A DNA stretch of 63,440 nt, filler included. It is 6 parts of 6 records of this genome, joined end to end, with 100 filler letters (N's around TTAATTAATTAA, not from the genome) between each part and the next. Parts side by side here need not be neighbours in the genome. Positions count along the whole stretch, not along the records: positions 16,203 to 25,248 come from SRR31156797_140; positions 25,349 to 33,154 come from SRR31156797_143; 4 more parts are not named here. One strand, given 5' to 3'. How positions within the stretch are numbered: position 1 is the stretch's first letter; the number at the start of each line of letters is the position of its first letter. This document shows positions 20,891 through 30,362 of this stretch, piece after piece. Under the pieces are notes generated by a model. It had not been told where the DNA came from and did not search any database. It was given only the letters and a program-made list of their open reading frames with translations. Made by a program: the position numbers and the translations under genes.

Positions 20891-22156
20891 ATGCTACATT
20901 TTGAACATAAGTTTGATGCTAAGATAGGAAAAAAGGCAAAAGAGAGTATTGAAGATACTTTCCATGCCATGAAAAAAGAAAGAAGTTCTGGAATTGTTGG
21001 ATATTATAATCTTCCTGAATTAGGGTATGATTTAATAGAACAAGTAGAAAAATACAAAAAAGAAAATAAATACTTTAAAGAAGATTCTATCAGAGATATT
21101 GTAGTTATTGGAATAGGTGGTTCCTCTTTAGGTACAAAAGCAGTTTATGAACTACTAAAAAACCAAGTAAAAACAAAAAAAAGATTATACTTCTTAGAAA
21201 ATGTAGACCCAATTGATATAACAACAACACTTAGCAAAATAAATAAAAACAAAGCGATTTTTATTGTGATTTCAAAATCTGGCTCAACAATAGAAACTAC
21301 ATCTATTTTTAAATATATTTTAGAAAAATACAAAATGTCATTTAAAAACAAAGATGATATGAAAAGAATAATAGCCATAACAGATACTGATTCATCTTTA
21401 TCCATGCTTGCTAGCAAAAACTCTATAGCTCAATTTAATATTCCATTTAATGTAGGTGGTAGATTTTCAGTTCTTTCAGCTGTAGGGTTAGTTCCTTTAT
21501 GTTTGATGGATTTTGATATGAAACTATTATTAAATGGAGCAAAAGAGTATGTTGATTCTTTCTTTGATAGAAAAGAGGATAATATTCTTGAAAAAGCATA
21601 CTTCTACTCAAAATCAGCAAAACAATTACCAATAAATGTGATGTTTACATACTCTACATTGTTTACATATTTTAATCAATGGTATGTTCAGTTATGGGCA
21701 GAATCATTAGGTAAACTGACAAAAGTTGGAGAAAAGGTTGGATTAACACCAATACATTTGATTGGTTCTGTTGACCAACACTCATTTTTACAACTAATTA
21801 TTCAAGGTCCTATTAATAAAACAGTAACAATTATAAAAATTGATAACTTTAAAAAGCCTATAAAAGTACCAAAAATAGAGTTGGACTATCTTGATAAAGT
21901 TAATTATATAAATGGACATAAATTCAACAAACTAATAAATGCCGAATGTGATGCTACATACGAAACAATTATTGATGAAGGTATCCCAGCAGATTCAATT
22001 GTATTAGATGAAATATCTTTTGAAAATGTTGGAGCACTAATTTTGTATTATGAACTTCTAACTTCAGCAACTGGTCAGTTTTTGGAGATAAATACCTATG
22101 ACCAACCAGGTGTTGAGTTTGGGAAAGTAAAATTAGTGAAAAAGTTTACAAAATAG
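20891..22156 (+). CDS. pgi: Glucose-6-phosphate isomerase
   Basis: GIGGSSLG, SKSGSTIET, VGGRFSVLS and YDQPGVE.GK motifs. Confidence 0.95.
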   Translation: MLHFEHKFDAKIGKKAKESIEDTFHAMKKERSSGIVGYYNLPELGYDLIEQVEKYKKENKYFKEDSIRDIVVIGIGGSSLGTKAVYELLKNQVKTKKRLYFLENVDPIDITTTLSKINKNKAIFIVISKSGSTIETTSIFKYILEKYKMSFKNKDDMKRIIAITDTDSSLSMLASKNSIAQFNIPFNVGGRFSVLSAVGLVPLCLMDFDMKLLLNGAKEYVDSFFDRKEDNILEKAYFYSKSAKQLPINVMFTYSTLFTYFNQWYVQLWAESLGKLTKVGEKVGLTPIHLIGSVDQHSFLQLIIQGPINKTVTIIKIDNFKKPIKVPKIELDYLDKVNYINGHKFNKLINAECDATYETIIDEGIPADSIVLDEISFENVGALILYYELLTSATGQFLEINTYDQPGVEFGKVKLVKKFTK

Positions 22157-22174
22157 CTTTTCCTATTTTGTAAT

Positions 22175-22882
22175 CTAAAGTTTTGGAAGAGTTACTTCAA
22201 ATAAAGTAAAATCTTCTAAAACAGAATGAAACTCAATTTTACCTTCTAAAAAGTCTACTAAACCTTTTACTACATTTAGTCCTATACCTTGATTTTTTTG
22301 GTATCTAATTGTTTTTTTATTTGATTTGTAAAACTCTTTAAATATTTTACTCTGTTTACTTTTTTTGATACCTCTACCATTGTCTTTTACTAAAACTTTA
22401 AAGTTTTTGTGACCTTCAAAAACTATTATTTGTACTATTGAATGGTTTGATGAAAACTCTATTGCATTTGCAACAAGGTTTGTTAAAATCATTTTTAACT
22501 TCTCTTTATCTGCTTTGAAGTTTGATCTTGTAAATATTTTTAAATCGATTCTAATTTTTTTGCTTTCAATTAAGTAGTTCAAGTTTTCAATAACTTGGTC
22601 TAAAATCTTATGAAAGTTGATACTATCTGGATTTAAAACTAACTGACCACTTTTAATCTCACTTAGTGTAAATAGATTGTTAACTTGAAAGTTAAACATC
22701 AAACTTTTTTCTTCTACTGCTTTTCCTATAATCTCTATTTTTTCTCTTTCATTTATATTAGTTGTTAATTTTTTAGAAAGATTATACATTGAGTTTCTAT
22801 ACTCAACACAACTGTTTTTTGTCATTTGATGTAAAATGTTTTCACCGTTAAAGTCTAAATTATTTTCATATATACTTTTCAT
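22175..22882 (-). CDS. Cytoplasmic histidine-kinase-like HATPase protein with degenerate H-box
   Basis: N box (NLVANAIEFS), G1 (DNGRGI), F box (IFKEFY) and G2 (GIGL) present. H-box region reads SCVEYRNS. Confidence 0.75.
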   Translation of the reverse strand: MKSIYENNLDFNGENILHQMTKNSCVEYRNSMYNLSKKLTTNINEREKIEIIGKAVEEKSLMFNFQVNNLFTLSEIKSGQLVLNPDSINFHKILDQVIENLNYLIESKKIRIDLKIFTRSNFKADKEKLKMILTNLVANAIEFSSNHSIVQIIVFEGHKNFKVLVKDNGRGIKKSKQSKIFKEFYKSNKKTIRYQKNQGIGLNVVKGLVDFLEGKIEFHSVLEDFTLFEVTLPKL

Positions 22883-23145
22883 TTTCTTTCCTTTATTTTT
22901 TTCTGATTGTAGAATTGTAAAAAAAGATAGTATTTTAAAAGTATTAGAAAATATTGTTTTTTTTTACTATCTAATAACCTTTATGATTAAAAGTTTTAAA
23001 GAAACCTTGAAATAAGGCTTTTGAGAGTATAAAAAGTATCATTTTTATTTACAAAAATTTTGAAATTTGTATAAATTTATTTAAAAACAGTATAAATATT
23101 TAATAATATTATTAATTTGATGGGTTAAAAGTTATTTTTTGGGTA

Positions 23146-23156
23146 TGGTGGAGGTG
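23146..23156 (-). other. Candidate att core (CACCTCCACCA), resembling a tmRNA/tRNA-Ala 3' end
   Basis: Plus strand reads TGGTGGAGGTG, a GC-rich spot in AT-rich intergenic DNA about 100 bp upstream of the integrase. Confidence 0.45.
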
Positions 23157-23225
23157 TTCTGTTCCTCCCCTCAAAAAATCTATATATATCATAAATAGGT
23201 ACTTCTTTTTTTGATTTTTGCTAGG

Positions 23226-23250
23226 TGTGCTACCAAATTGTGCCACCAAA
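23226..23250 (+). repeat. Tandem 12-bp direct repeats (TGTGCTACCAAA / TGTGCCACCAAA), candidate integrase arm-type sites
   Basis: Copies at 23226-23237 and 23239-23250, one mismatch, just before the integrase ATG. Confidence 0.6.
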
Positions 23251-23258
23251 GGCAAAAA

Positions 23259-25106
23259 ATGGGTAATTATTTACAGAAGAGAAATGGTGTTTATTACTTT
23301 AAGAAAAGGGTTATTTCTAATCTATCTACTAATCGAAATCATACAATTAGAAAATCATTACAAACGAAATGTTATACTACAGCAAAAAAATTATCGAGTT
23401 TATTGAATTACTGGGTTAATGTATATTTTGAAGTAGGGATAATAATGACAAATAAGAGAATGGATGAAATCTTATACAAGTATTTACAAAATTCAATTGA
23501 AGAGAATAACGAGTATGAAGATTTAAGGCATGAAAATAACTCAATTGAAAAAAAAGGTAAGTTCTTTGAGGGAAGCACAAAAAAAGCACTTTTACATCAT
23601 CTAAAGAAGCATAATAAATTAGATAAGACTAGGAATCCAACAGAAATTAAAGAGTATGTTGAAAAAGAAATAATTCCAATTTCAATGATAGAAAAAAATG
23701 AACTTGAAGAGTTAAGAGAAATGAAGAGTTTTTACTGGAAACTATTCAAGTATTATGGAGAGGTATTAGAATCTGATTTAAACAAGTTTGAGGGTTATAG
23801 TGTAGATAAGTCTATCTCTAAATATAAAAAAAATAAACCTAGTGAAACTATAATTAATAACTATTATTCAAGAGATTCAAATATTAAAAAAGCTGATAAA
23901 AATGATGAAATAGATGATTTTGAAATAATAGTAGATAAATACATTAATCATCTAGTGAAAAAACAGAAAATAAAAGTTAAAACAGTTGAGGATTATGTAC
24001 CTAGTTATAATATTATAAAAGAAGCTTTTCCTAAACTAAAACTTAGTGACCTAACAACAGAAAACTTAGAAGAGCTTGAAGATATAATTTCCTTTCTACC
24101 TGCTTTTAGATTTGGTAAAAAACTTACAAAAGATTTGAATATACATGAGCAAATTGCTTTTATGAAAAATATATTAAATGATAGAAGGAACAAAATTATT
24201 AGAGAAGAGCATAAAAAATATAATGTAGTTGCCGAAAGAACTCAAAACAAACACTTTGAGCAAATATCAAATTTTATTGATTATGCAGCTAGAAAATATA
24301 AGTTCGAATCTCCTTTGGATGGTATTGTGTTACAAAGGTATAAAATAAAAGGAGATGCAAGTAATGAGCGATTACTATTAACAGATGATGATATAAAAAA
24401 GGTATTTGCTGAGTTTGACTATCTAAATGGAAAACTTTTTACAACACTAAAAAAAGACCCTTTAAAAATATATGGAATATTTTTGATTATGTATATGGGA
24501 ATAAGACCATCAGAAGCTGGGCAGCTTATGATAAATGATTTAAAAAAGACGACAGATTCTAAAGGCAATACAATTCATTATTTATCAGTTTCAAAAGAAA
24601 ATACAAGTGATGATAAATCTTTAGATGATGTAAAGAGTGAAAAAACAGATAATGCAAGAAGAAAGTTACCTTTAACAGATGTATTTATTAAAGACTTGAA
24701 ATTTTTAGAATTTGTGAAGCATAGGAAAAAAGAGAAACATAAATTTATATTTATAAATGAAGAACCAAATAAACCTATTAAAGAAGTAATGACAAATACA
24801 GTAAGAAGATGTGGGGATAGATTTAATGATAAGATTAATAGTCTTGATTTAGAGAATATTGATAAAAAAGTATTTTATTCTTTACGGCATAGTTTTGCAA
24901 ACAAGATAAAGAAATTGCCTGAGGCTTTGAGAGATAAAAGAGGTGAATCTTTAATGGGACATAGTGGTGCAACTGATTCAGAGTTATTTGATAGATATGG
25001 GAATAAATATTTTGAGCCTGACTTTTTATATGAGATACTTGAAAAAGTTGAGTATGAGGAGATTGATTTAGATAGGTTTAGTAAGAATATTGAGAAATTA
25101 TTTTAA
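23259..25106 (+). CDS. Tyrosine recombinase/integrase with N-terminal arm-binding-type (DUF6538-like) domain
   Basis: YLQKRNGVYYF N-terminus; catalytic motifs MGIRPSE, KTDNARRKLP, YSLRHSF, LMGH and RYG. Confidence 0.88.
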   Translation: MGNYLQKRNGVYYFKKRVISNLSTNRNHTIRKSLQTKCYTTAKKLSSLLNYWVNVYFEVGIIMTNKRMDEILYKYLQNSIEENNEYEDLRHENNSIEKKGKFFEGSTKKALLHHLKKHNKLDKTRNPTEIKEYVEKEIIPISMIEKNELEELREMKSFYWKLFKYYGEVLESDLNKFEGYSVDKSISKYKKNKPSETIINNYYSRDSNIKKADKNDEIDDFEIIVDKYINHLVKKQKIKVKTVEDYVPSYNIIKEAFPKLKLSDLTTENLEELEDIISFLPAFRFGKKLTKDLNIHEQIAFMKNILNDRRNKIIREEHKKYNVVAERTQNKHFEQISNFIDYAARKYKFESPLDGIVLQRYKIKGDASNERLLLTDDDIKKVFAEFDYLNGKLFTTLKKDPLKIYGIFLIMYMGIRPSEAGQLMINDLKKTTDSKGNTIHYLSVSKENTSDDKSLDDVKSEKTDNARRKLPLTDVFIKDLKFLEFVKHRKKEKHKFIFINEEPNKPIKEVMTNTVRRCGDRFNDKINSLDLENIDKKVFYSLRHSFANKIKKLPEALRDKRGESLMGHSGATDSELFDRYGNKYFEPDFLYEILEKVEYEEIDLDRFSKNIEKLF

Positions 25107-25117
25107 ATAGGGTTATT

Positions 25118-25248
25118 ATGAAAGAGATAGAAATACCAATAATAAAAACTCCAAGATTAAAACAGGTTGATAATATATCAAGAGCGATTTCTAAAATAGG
25201 AAAGATTTCGACTACAAAGTTAGTTTCAACAAGATTAGAGCCCACAAT
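25118..25248 (+). CDS. Hypothetical protein, N-terminal fragment (island cargo)
   Basis: ATG 11 bp after the integrase stop; open to the contig end. Confidence 0.4.
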
Positions 25249-25348
25249 NNNNNNNNNNNNNNNNNNNNNNNNNNNNNNNNNNNNNNNNNNNNTTAATTAA
25301 TTAANNNNNNNNNNNNNNNNNNNNNNNNNNNNNNNNNNNNNNNNNNNN
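25249..25348. other. Artificial contig linker
   Basis: N-run, TTAATTAATTAA, N-run. Confidence 0.98.
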
Positions 25349-25349
25349 T

Positions 25350-26249
25350 TTAGTCATATTTGTTCCACCTTTCATCTTTTAAAATTCGATACGCTTTCAT
25401 ATAAAAATCATATCTGATTTTCGAAATATTGTTATTTTCTACATCTTCTTTTACTCTACACTTAGGTTCATTTATATGAACACAGTTACTAAATTTGCAG
25501 TAAGCCTGAGCTTCTTCAAACTCTAGAAAAAGTTCTTTTAATCTTTCTTCATCTTCAATCTTCGGAAGATCAAGAGATGAAAAACCAGGAGTATCTATAA
25601 TGTACCCTCCGCAATTTAGGTGAAGAAGTGTTGTTCCTTTAGTTGTATGTTTACCTCTTTGTGTTTTTCTACTTGTTTCTCCTGTCTCAAGAATTTTTTC
25701 ATCTTGAAGAAGATTGATTATTGAAGATTTCCCTGCACCACTTGGCCCTCCAAATGCTGTAACTTTTTCTTTTATATAATCTTTTACTTCACTCAAACCT
25801 TTTTCATCAATTGTAGATATATATATTATATCTATCTCAAGTGGTTTCAGGAAGTCAAGTTTCATTTCAAACTCTTTATGCTCTTCCTCTGTTAATAAAT
25901 CTGTTTTGTTTATTATAACAAAAGGTTTTATATTTGAGTAAGAACAGTTTAATAAAAACAGATTAAATCTATCCATATCAAAATCAGGGTCCTTTGCGGC
26001 AAATACTATTCCTAAATAATCAATATTCGCTACCAATGGTCTATAGATGATATTTTTTCTTTCAATAACTTTTGTTATTATTTTTTCATCTTTATCAATT
26101 TCAACAATATCACCTGATACACAGTTGTCTTTTTTGTTTGTCTTTTTTAATATTCCTTTTAATTTACATTCATAAAGAGTTTTATCTTCACCCTCAGTTG
26201 GCTCTACATAATAAAATCCTTTAATTTTCGTTATTATTCTTCCTGTTAT
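25350..26249 (-). CDS. rsgA: Ribosome small subunit-dependent GTPase A; probable ATA start at 26249
   Basis: NKTD, GPSGAGKSS, GKHTT, DTPG and CKFSNCVHINEPKC motifs. The OB-fold N-terminus (ITGRIITKIKGFYYV) lies upstream of the ORF-track start. Confidence 0.93.
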   Translation of the reverse strand: MTGRIITKIKGFYYVEPTEGEDKTLYECKLKGILKKTNKKDNCVSGDIVEIDKDEKIITKVIERKNIIYRPLVANIDYLGIVFAAKDPDFDMDRFNLFLLNCSYSNIKPFVIINKTDLLTEEEHKEFEMKLDFLKPLEIDIIYISTIDEKGLSEVKDYIKEKVTAFGGPSGAGKSSIINLLQDEKILETGETSRKTQRGKHTTKGTTLLHLNCGGYIIDTPGFSSLDLPKIEDEERLKELFLEFEEAQAYCKFSNCVHINEPKCRVKEDVENNNISKIRYDFYMKAYRILKDERWNKYD

Positions 26250-26311
26250 TTTTGATACACCTCTCTAAATCAAAATTAGTTCAGCAAATTTTGATTTCTT
26301 ATTTTTTTTAA

Positions 26312-27016
26312 TTACTCTGTTATAACTAATTCTATACTGGAACCTTTTTTTAGCCTGTCGTTTACTGATACATTCATATCTACAACTATTCCAGGGTCTA
26401 AGAAGTCACTAGACATATACTCAACATCTGATATATATACTTGTAAAGTTCGAAGTAGCTCTCTCGCATCATCAAGTGTTAAACCTATTATATCAGGTAT
26501 TCTGATATAATCGTTAACCTGCCCGCTACTTACAAGGAAAGATATCTCTTTTTTATTCGCCATAATACTGCCCGCTATTGGTTCAGTTGCAATAACAGTA
26601 TTCAGCTTCGGTTCATCAGGAGTATATGCTATATTTTTAATTTTAAATCCTTTTTGCTCAGCAAGTACTTTTGCTTCCAGTATATCTAAACCATTAAAAT
26701 TCGGAACAGTTACACTGTTTTTTCCTTTACTTACCCATACTTTTATCAATCTTTCTTTTTTAATACTTTTACCTGATAAAGGCAATTGCGAGTAGATCTG
26801 TCCTTTTTCCAGTTCAGAATACTCTTCCCCCATTTTTCTTATTTTCAAATTAGAGTTTCTAATAAGTATTGATGCTTCATTAATACTTAAATTTTTCAGA
26901 TCAGGTGTTTCCAGTAAAAATTCATTAAAGAAAAATTTAAAAAACACATTTGCCGAAAAGAATAAGCCTATAAAAAACAAAGCTATATTACAAATCATTA
27001 AGATTCTTTTTTCCAT
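26312..27016 (-). CDS. Membrane-anchored PASTA-domain protein (three PASTA repeats)
   Basis: N-terminal TM helix; PDLKNL, VPNFNGL and IPDIIGL repeat starts. Confidence 0.88.
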   Translation of the reverse strand: MEKRILMICNIALFFIGLFFSANVFFKFFFNEFLLETPDLKNLSINEASILIRNSNLKIRKMGEEYSELEKGQIYSQLPLSGKSIKKERLIKVWVSKGKNSVTVPNFNGLDILEAKVLAEQKGFKIKNIAYTPDEPKLNTVIATEPIAGSIMANKKEISFLVSSGQVNDYIRIPDIIGLTLDDARELLRTLQVYISDVEYMSSDFLDPGIVVDMNVSVNDRLKKGSSIELVITE

Positions 27017-27224
27017 AATTACCTCTCATTTACTTAATCTTTCTCACAATATTATAGAAGATTAACCTTAATAAAATCTTCATTTAGTAAAATTTCAAAC
27101 GAATAATAGGCGCTAAATATTTTTTCACTTTTTGTTGACTAAAAAATATTCATTTTCACTAGTCAAAAAGAGGCTATTATACTTAACAAATATAACATAA
27201 TTAAAAAAAAATATCAATATTTAC

Positions 27225-27253
27225 TTGATAATTCTTAACCTAAATGTTAGAAT
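27225..27253 (+). promoter_or_regulatory. Sigma70-type promoter of hpt
   Basis: TTGATA, 17-bp spacer, TAGAAT with extended TGn; GGAGG RBS downstream. Confidence 0.6.
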
Positions 27254-27287
27254 AAAAAAAATATTTTTTTCGGAGGACATACAAAAA

Positions 27288-27842
27288 ATGGCAAAAAAAG
27301 ATTGGGAACACGGTATTGTTAGAACTCTAATTACAGAAGAGGAACTACAAAAAAGAATCAAGGAATTAGGAGCTCAGATTACCGCTGACTTTAAAGATAA
27401 AGAAGAAGAATTAATAATTGTTTGTCTATTAAAAGGTTCTGTTTTATTCTTTGCAGACTTATGCAGAGAGATCAAAATTCCTATGAAGATGGATTTCATG
27501 ACAGTTTCTAGTTATGGAAACGAATTTGAATCTTCTAGAGAAGTAAAAATCGTTAAAGATTTAGATGAATCTATCATGGGGAAAAACGTAATCGTAGTAG
27601 AGGACATCATTGATTCTGGACTTACACTTAAAAGAGTGTTAAAAATGTTAGGACACAGAGATGCTCAATCAGTTACTCTTTGTACACTTCTTAACAAAGA
27701 AGCTAGAAGAGAGGCCGAAGTTGATGTTCAATATATTGGTTTTAATATTGAAGATGAATTTGTATTAGGATACGGACTAGATTTCAAACAGGAATACAGA
27801 AATATTCCTTACATTGGTGTTATGGGGGCTTTAGACGAATAG
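27288..27842 (+). CDS. hpt: Hypoxanthine phosphoribosyltransferase
   Basis: LKGS..F.ADL, VEDIIDSGLTL and FVLGYGLD motifs. Confidence 0.95.
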   Translation: MAKKDWEHGIVRTLITEEELQKRIKELGAQITADFKDKEEELIIVCLLKGSVLFFADLCREIKIPMKMDFMTVSSYGNEFESSREVKIVKDLDESIMGKNVIVVEDIIDSGLTLKRVLKMLGHRDAQSVTLCTLLNKEARREAEVDVQYIGFNIEDEFVLGYGLDFKQEYRNIPYIGVMGALDE

Positions 27843-27905
27843 TCTCTATAGTTAAGTTGTCTTAGCTATTTTAAGAGGTATTAGAAAGTAAGGAGCCTAA
27901 AAGTA

Positions 27906-28442
27906 ATGAAAAAAGACAAAACTATTGAAACTTTACAGGGAAAACTTTTAGAAAATAGAAAAAGACAAAACGAGATATACAGGAGAAAAAAGAAAATTGT
28001 TATATTTTCTTTTTTTTCCTTTTTATTTGCTTTAGGCATTTCTTTTTTATTATATAAATTTTCCGCAACTGAAATCGAATTTAATCAGAATATAAACTCT
28101 GATTATGTTGATAATGTAGTTTATTTATCAAACTCTAATTTTGAAAAAGAATTAGATAAAAACAAAAATAAAGAGAATAAAACTGATGTTTATTCTAAAG
28201 TTAATTCTGAATTTACTAAACAATACGTTGTTCAATTAGGTGTATTTAAAGATCTGGATAATGCTGATAAATTTAAAAAGAAGCTTGAAAAAAAAGGATA
28301 TAACATCTATTACGAAAAAAATGAAAGTTACTATCGAATCAGGCTACAAAACACATTCAGTACCAGAGCTGATGCTGAAAAATACGCAGATAATCTTAAA
28401 GAGATTAAGATTATCGAGGATTATTGGGTTCGACTTAAATAA
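27906..28442 (+). CDS. SPOR-domain membrane protein
   Basis: TM helix plus C-terminal YVVQLGVFKDLDNA SPOR motif. Confidence 0.85.
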   Translation: MKKDKTIETLQGKLLENRKRQNEIYRRKKKIVIFSFFSFLFALGISFLLYKFSATEIEFNQNINSDYVDNVVYLSNSNFEKELDKNKNKENKTDVYSKVNSEFTKQYVVQLGVFKDLDNADKFKKKLEKKGYNIYYEKNESYYRIRLQNTFSTRADAEKYADNLKEIKIIEDYWVRLK

Positions 28443-28460
28443 GCTCGAAACGGAGGAAAT

Positions 28461-29276
28461 ATGGCATTTAAACATAAGAAAAAATTTGGTCAAAATTTTT
28501 TAACTGACCAAGGAGAAGTTTTAGATAAAATAATGGATGTTTCAGGGGTTAATTCTGATGATTCGATTTTAGAAATTGGTCCGGGTGAAGGAGCATTAAC
28601 TGAGCTTCTTTTGAATACAGCTAAAAAAGTTACATGTATCGAGATTGATACTGATCTGGAAAAAATACTAAGAAGAAAATTTGATGAAATAGAAAATTTC
28701 AATTTAGTTATGTCAGATGTTTTAGAAGTTGATTTTGATGAGAAAATTGGTGAAAAAGTAAAAGTTGTTGCAAATATCCCATACTATATTACATCACCAA
28801 TTATAAATAAACTTATAGAAAATAGAGAGTATGTTGAAGAAGTATATATTATGGTTCAAAAAGAGGTTGCTGAAAGAATCTGTGCAAAGAGTGGTAAAGA
28901 GAGAAGTGTTCTTACTCTTTCTGTTGAATATTTTGGAGATGCCGAATATCTTTTCACAATTCCAAAAGAGGCATTCACACCTCCGCCAAAAGTTGATTCA
29001 GCATTTATGTCAATTAAATTAAGGCAAGATAATAATTTAGAAAAAGAGGTTAAAGAAGAAGTTTTCTTCAAATACGCAAAAGCTGCTTTTTCAAATAAAA
29101 GAAAAAATATAGTAAACAATTTATCCGTTTTAGGGTATAATAAGGCGAAGCTTAGAGAACTTCTGGAAACAAACAACATTAGTCCAAGCAAAAGAGCGGA
29201 AGCATTCTCAATAGATGAGTTTGTTGATCTAATCAAATTAATGGAAGCAAACCCTGTTTCTGTTGTAAATGAATAA
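28461..29276 (+). CDS. rsmA: 16S rRNA m6,2A1518/1519 dimethyltransferase
   Basis: KKFGQNFL, LEIGPGEG, ANIPYYIT and PPPKVDS motifs. Confidence 0.96.
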   Translation: MAFKHKKKFGQNFLTDQGEVLDKIMDVSGVNSDDSILEIGPGEGALTELLLNTAKKVTCIEIDTDLEKILRRKFDEIENFNLVMSDVLEVDFDEKIGEKVKVVANIPYYITSPIINKLIENREYVEEVYIMVQKEVAERICAKSGKERSVLTLSVEYFGDAEYLFTIPKEAFTPPPKVDSAFMSIKLRQDNNLEKEVKEEVFFKYAKAAFSNKRKNIVNNLSVLGYNKAKLRELLETNNISPSKRAEAFSIDEFVDLIKLMEANPVSVVNE

Positions 29277-29400
29277 TTATAAACAAACTTAGAGTTTTTT
29301 ATAAAGATATTATTTTTCTAAGTAAAATCAGATTAGAATATTTTTTTAAATAAAATTAATTTAAATTCTTTTATCTTAAAAAAATATACAAGGAGAATAA

Positions 29401-29640
29401 ATGAAAAGTTACGAATATTTCATTCAAACTGAAAAAAAACATATAGATTTTATAAATAAGGTAATAGAAGCATACGAAGGTATCGGAATTGTTAGAACTC
29501 TTGATCCAAAAGCAGGAATTATCAAAATCATTACTATTGATTGTTACATTGATGAGGTTAATGCTATTATCGAAGACTTTAACGCTAGAGGTATCAAAGC
29601 CGAAATCACGAAACAAGCAGAGTGGGGAGGAGTATTATAA
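29401..29640 (+). CDS. DUF4911-like small protein
   Basis: IDFINKVIEAYEGIGIVRTLD motif; coupled to pdxJ. Confidence 0.7.
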   Translation: MKSYEYFIQTEKKHIDFINKVIEAYEGIGIVRTLDPKAGIIKIITIDCYIDEVNAIIEDFNARGIKAEITKQAEWGGVL

Positions 29641-30362
29641 TGAAATTAGGAGTTAATATTGATCACGTTGCAACACTTAGACAAGCAAGACTAGCAAAGG
29701 AACCTGATCTTGTAAGAGCTGCTGTTCTAGCTGAAAAAGCCGGTGCAGATGGTATCACTATCCATTTAAGAGAGGATAGAAGACATATACAGGATAAAGA
29801 TGTAAGAATCTTAAGAGAGGTTGTTACTACGAGACTTAACCTGGAGATGGCTACATCAGAAGATGTAATGCAAGTAGCTCTAGAAGTTGTACCTGATATG
29901 GTTACACTTGTTCCTGAAAAAAGACAAGAATTAACTACAGAGGGTGGACTTAATATCGCTAATCCTGAAATCAAAGCAAGAACTAAAGATGCTATTGCAA
30001 GATTACATGAAAAAGGTATCGAAGTAAGTTTATTCGTTGATCCGAAATCTGAAATTATGAAAATAGCAAAAGAGATCGGTGCTGAATATGTAGAGATTCA
30101 CACTGGTAAATACGCTGATGCCGAAACTGAAGCTGAAAGAAAAGACGAATTAAAAAATATCGAAGATGCATTTAAAGCAGCAAAAGCTTTAAGACTAAAA
30201 GTAAATGCCGGGCACGGACTTGACTACAAAAACGTAAAAGATATCGCTAAAATAAATGAAATTGTTGAATTAAACATTGGATTTTCAATTATCGCGAGAT
30301 CAGTATTTGTTGGAATCGAAAAAGCAGTAAGTGAAATGAAGGAAGCCATTTCAAATGCGTAA
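29640..30362 (+). CDS. pdxJ: Pyridoxine 5'-phosphate synthase
   Basis: LGVNIDHVATLRQAR, HLREDRRHI, NAGHGL and ELNIG motifs. Confidence 0.96.
   Translation: MKLGVNIDHVATLRQARLAKEPDLVRAAVLAEKAGADGITIHLREDRRHIQDKDVRILREVVTTRLNLEMATSEDVMQVALEVVPDMVTLVPEKRQELTTEGGLNIANPEIKARTKDAIARLHEKGIEVSLFVDPKSEIMKIAKEIGAEYVEIHTGKYADAETEAERKDELKNIEDAFKAAKALRLKVNAGHGLDYKNVKDIAKINEIVELNIGFSIIARSVFVGIEKAVSEMKEAISNA

Larger units (their letters stand above)
23146..25248 (+). mobile_element. Left edge of an integrative element or genomic island, running off the contig
   Basis: Tyrosine integrase preceded by tandem 12-bp repeats and a CCTCCACCA (tmRNA/tRNA 3'-end-like) sequence on the minus strand. Confidence 0.6.

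Noticed and set aside
23141-23172. Intact tRNA or tmRNA gene
   Set aside because: Only an 11-nt 3'-end-like match; no T-arm (GGTTCGA) or cloverleaf.
27135-27166. Inverted repeat TTGACTA-N18-TAGTCAA between the PASTA gene and hpt
   Set aside because: Short (7 bp), single occurrence in AT-rich DNA; cannot be distinguished from chance.
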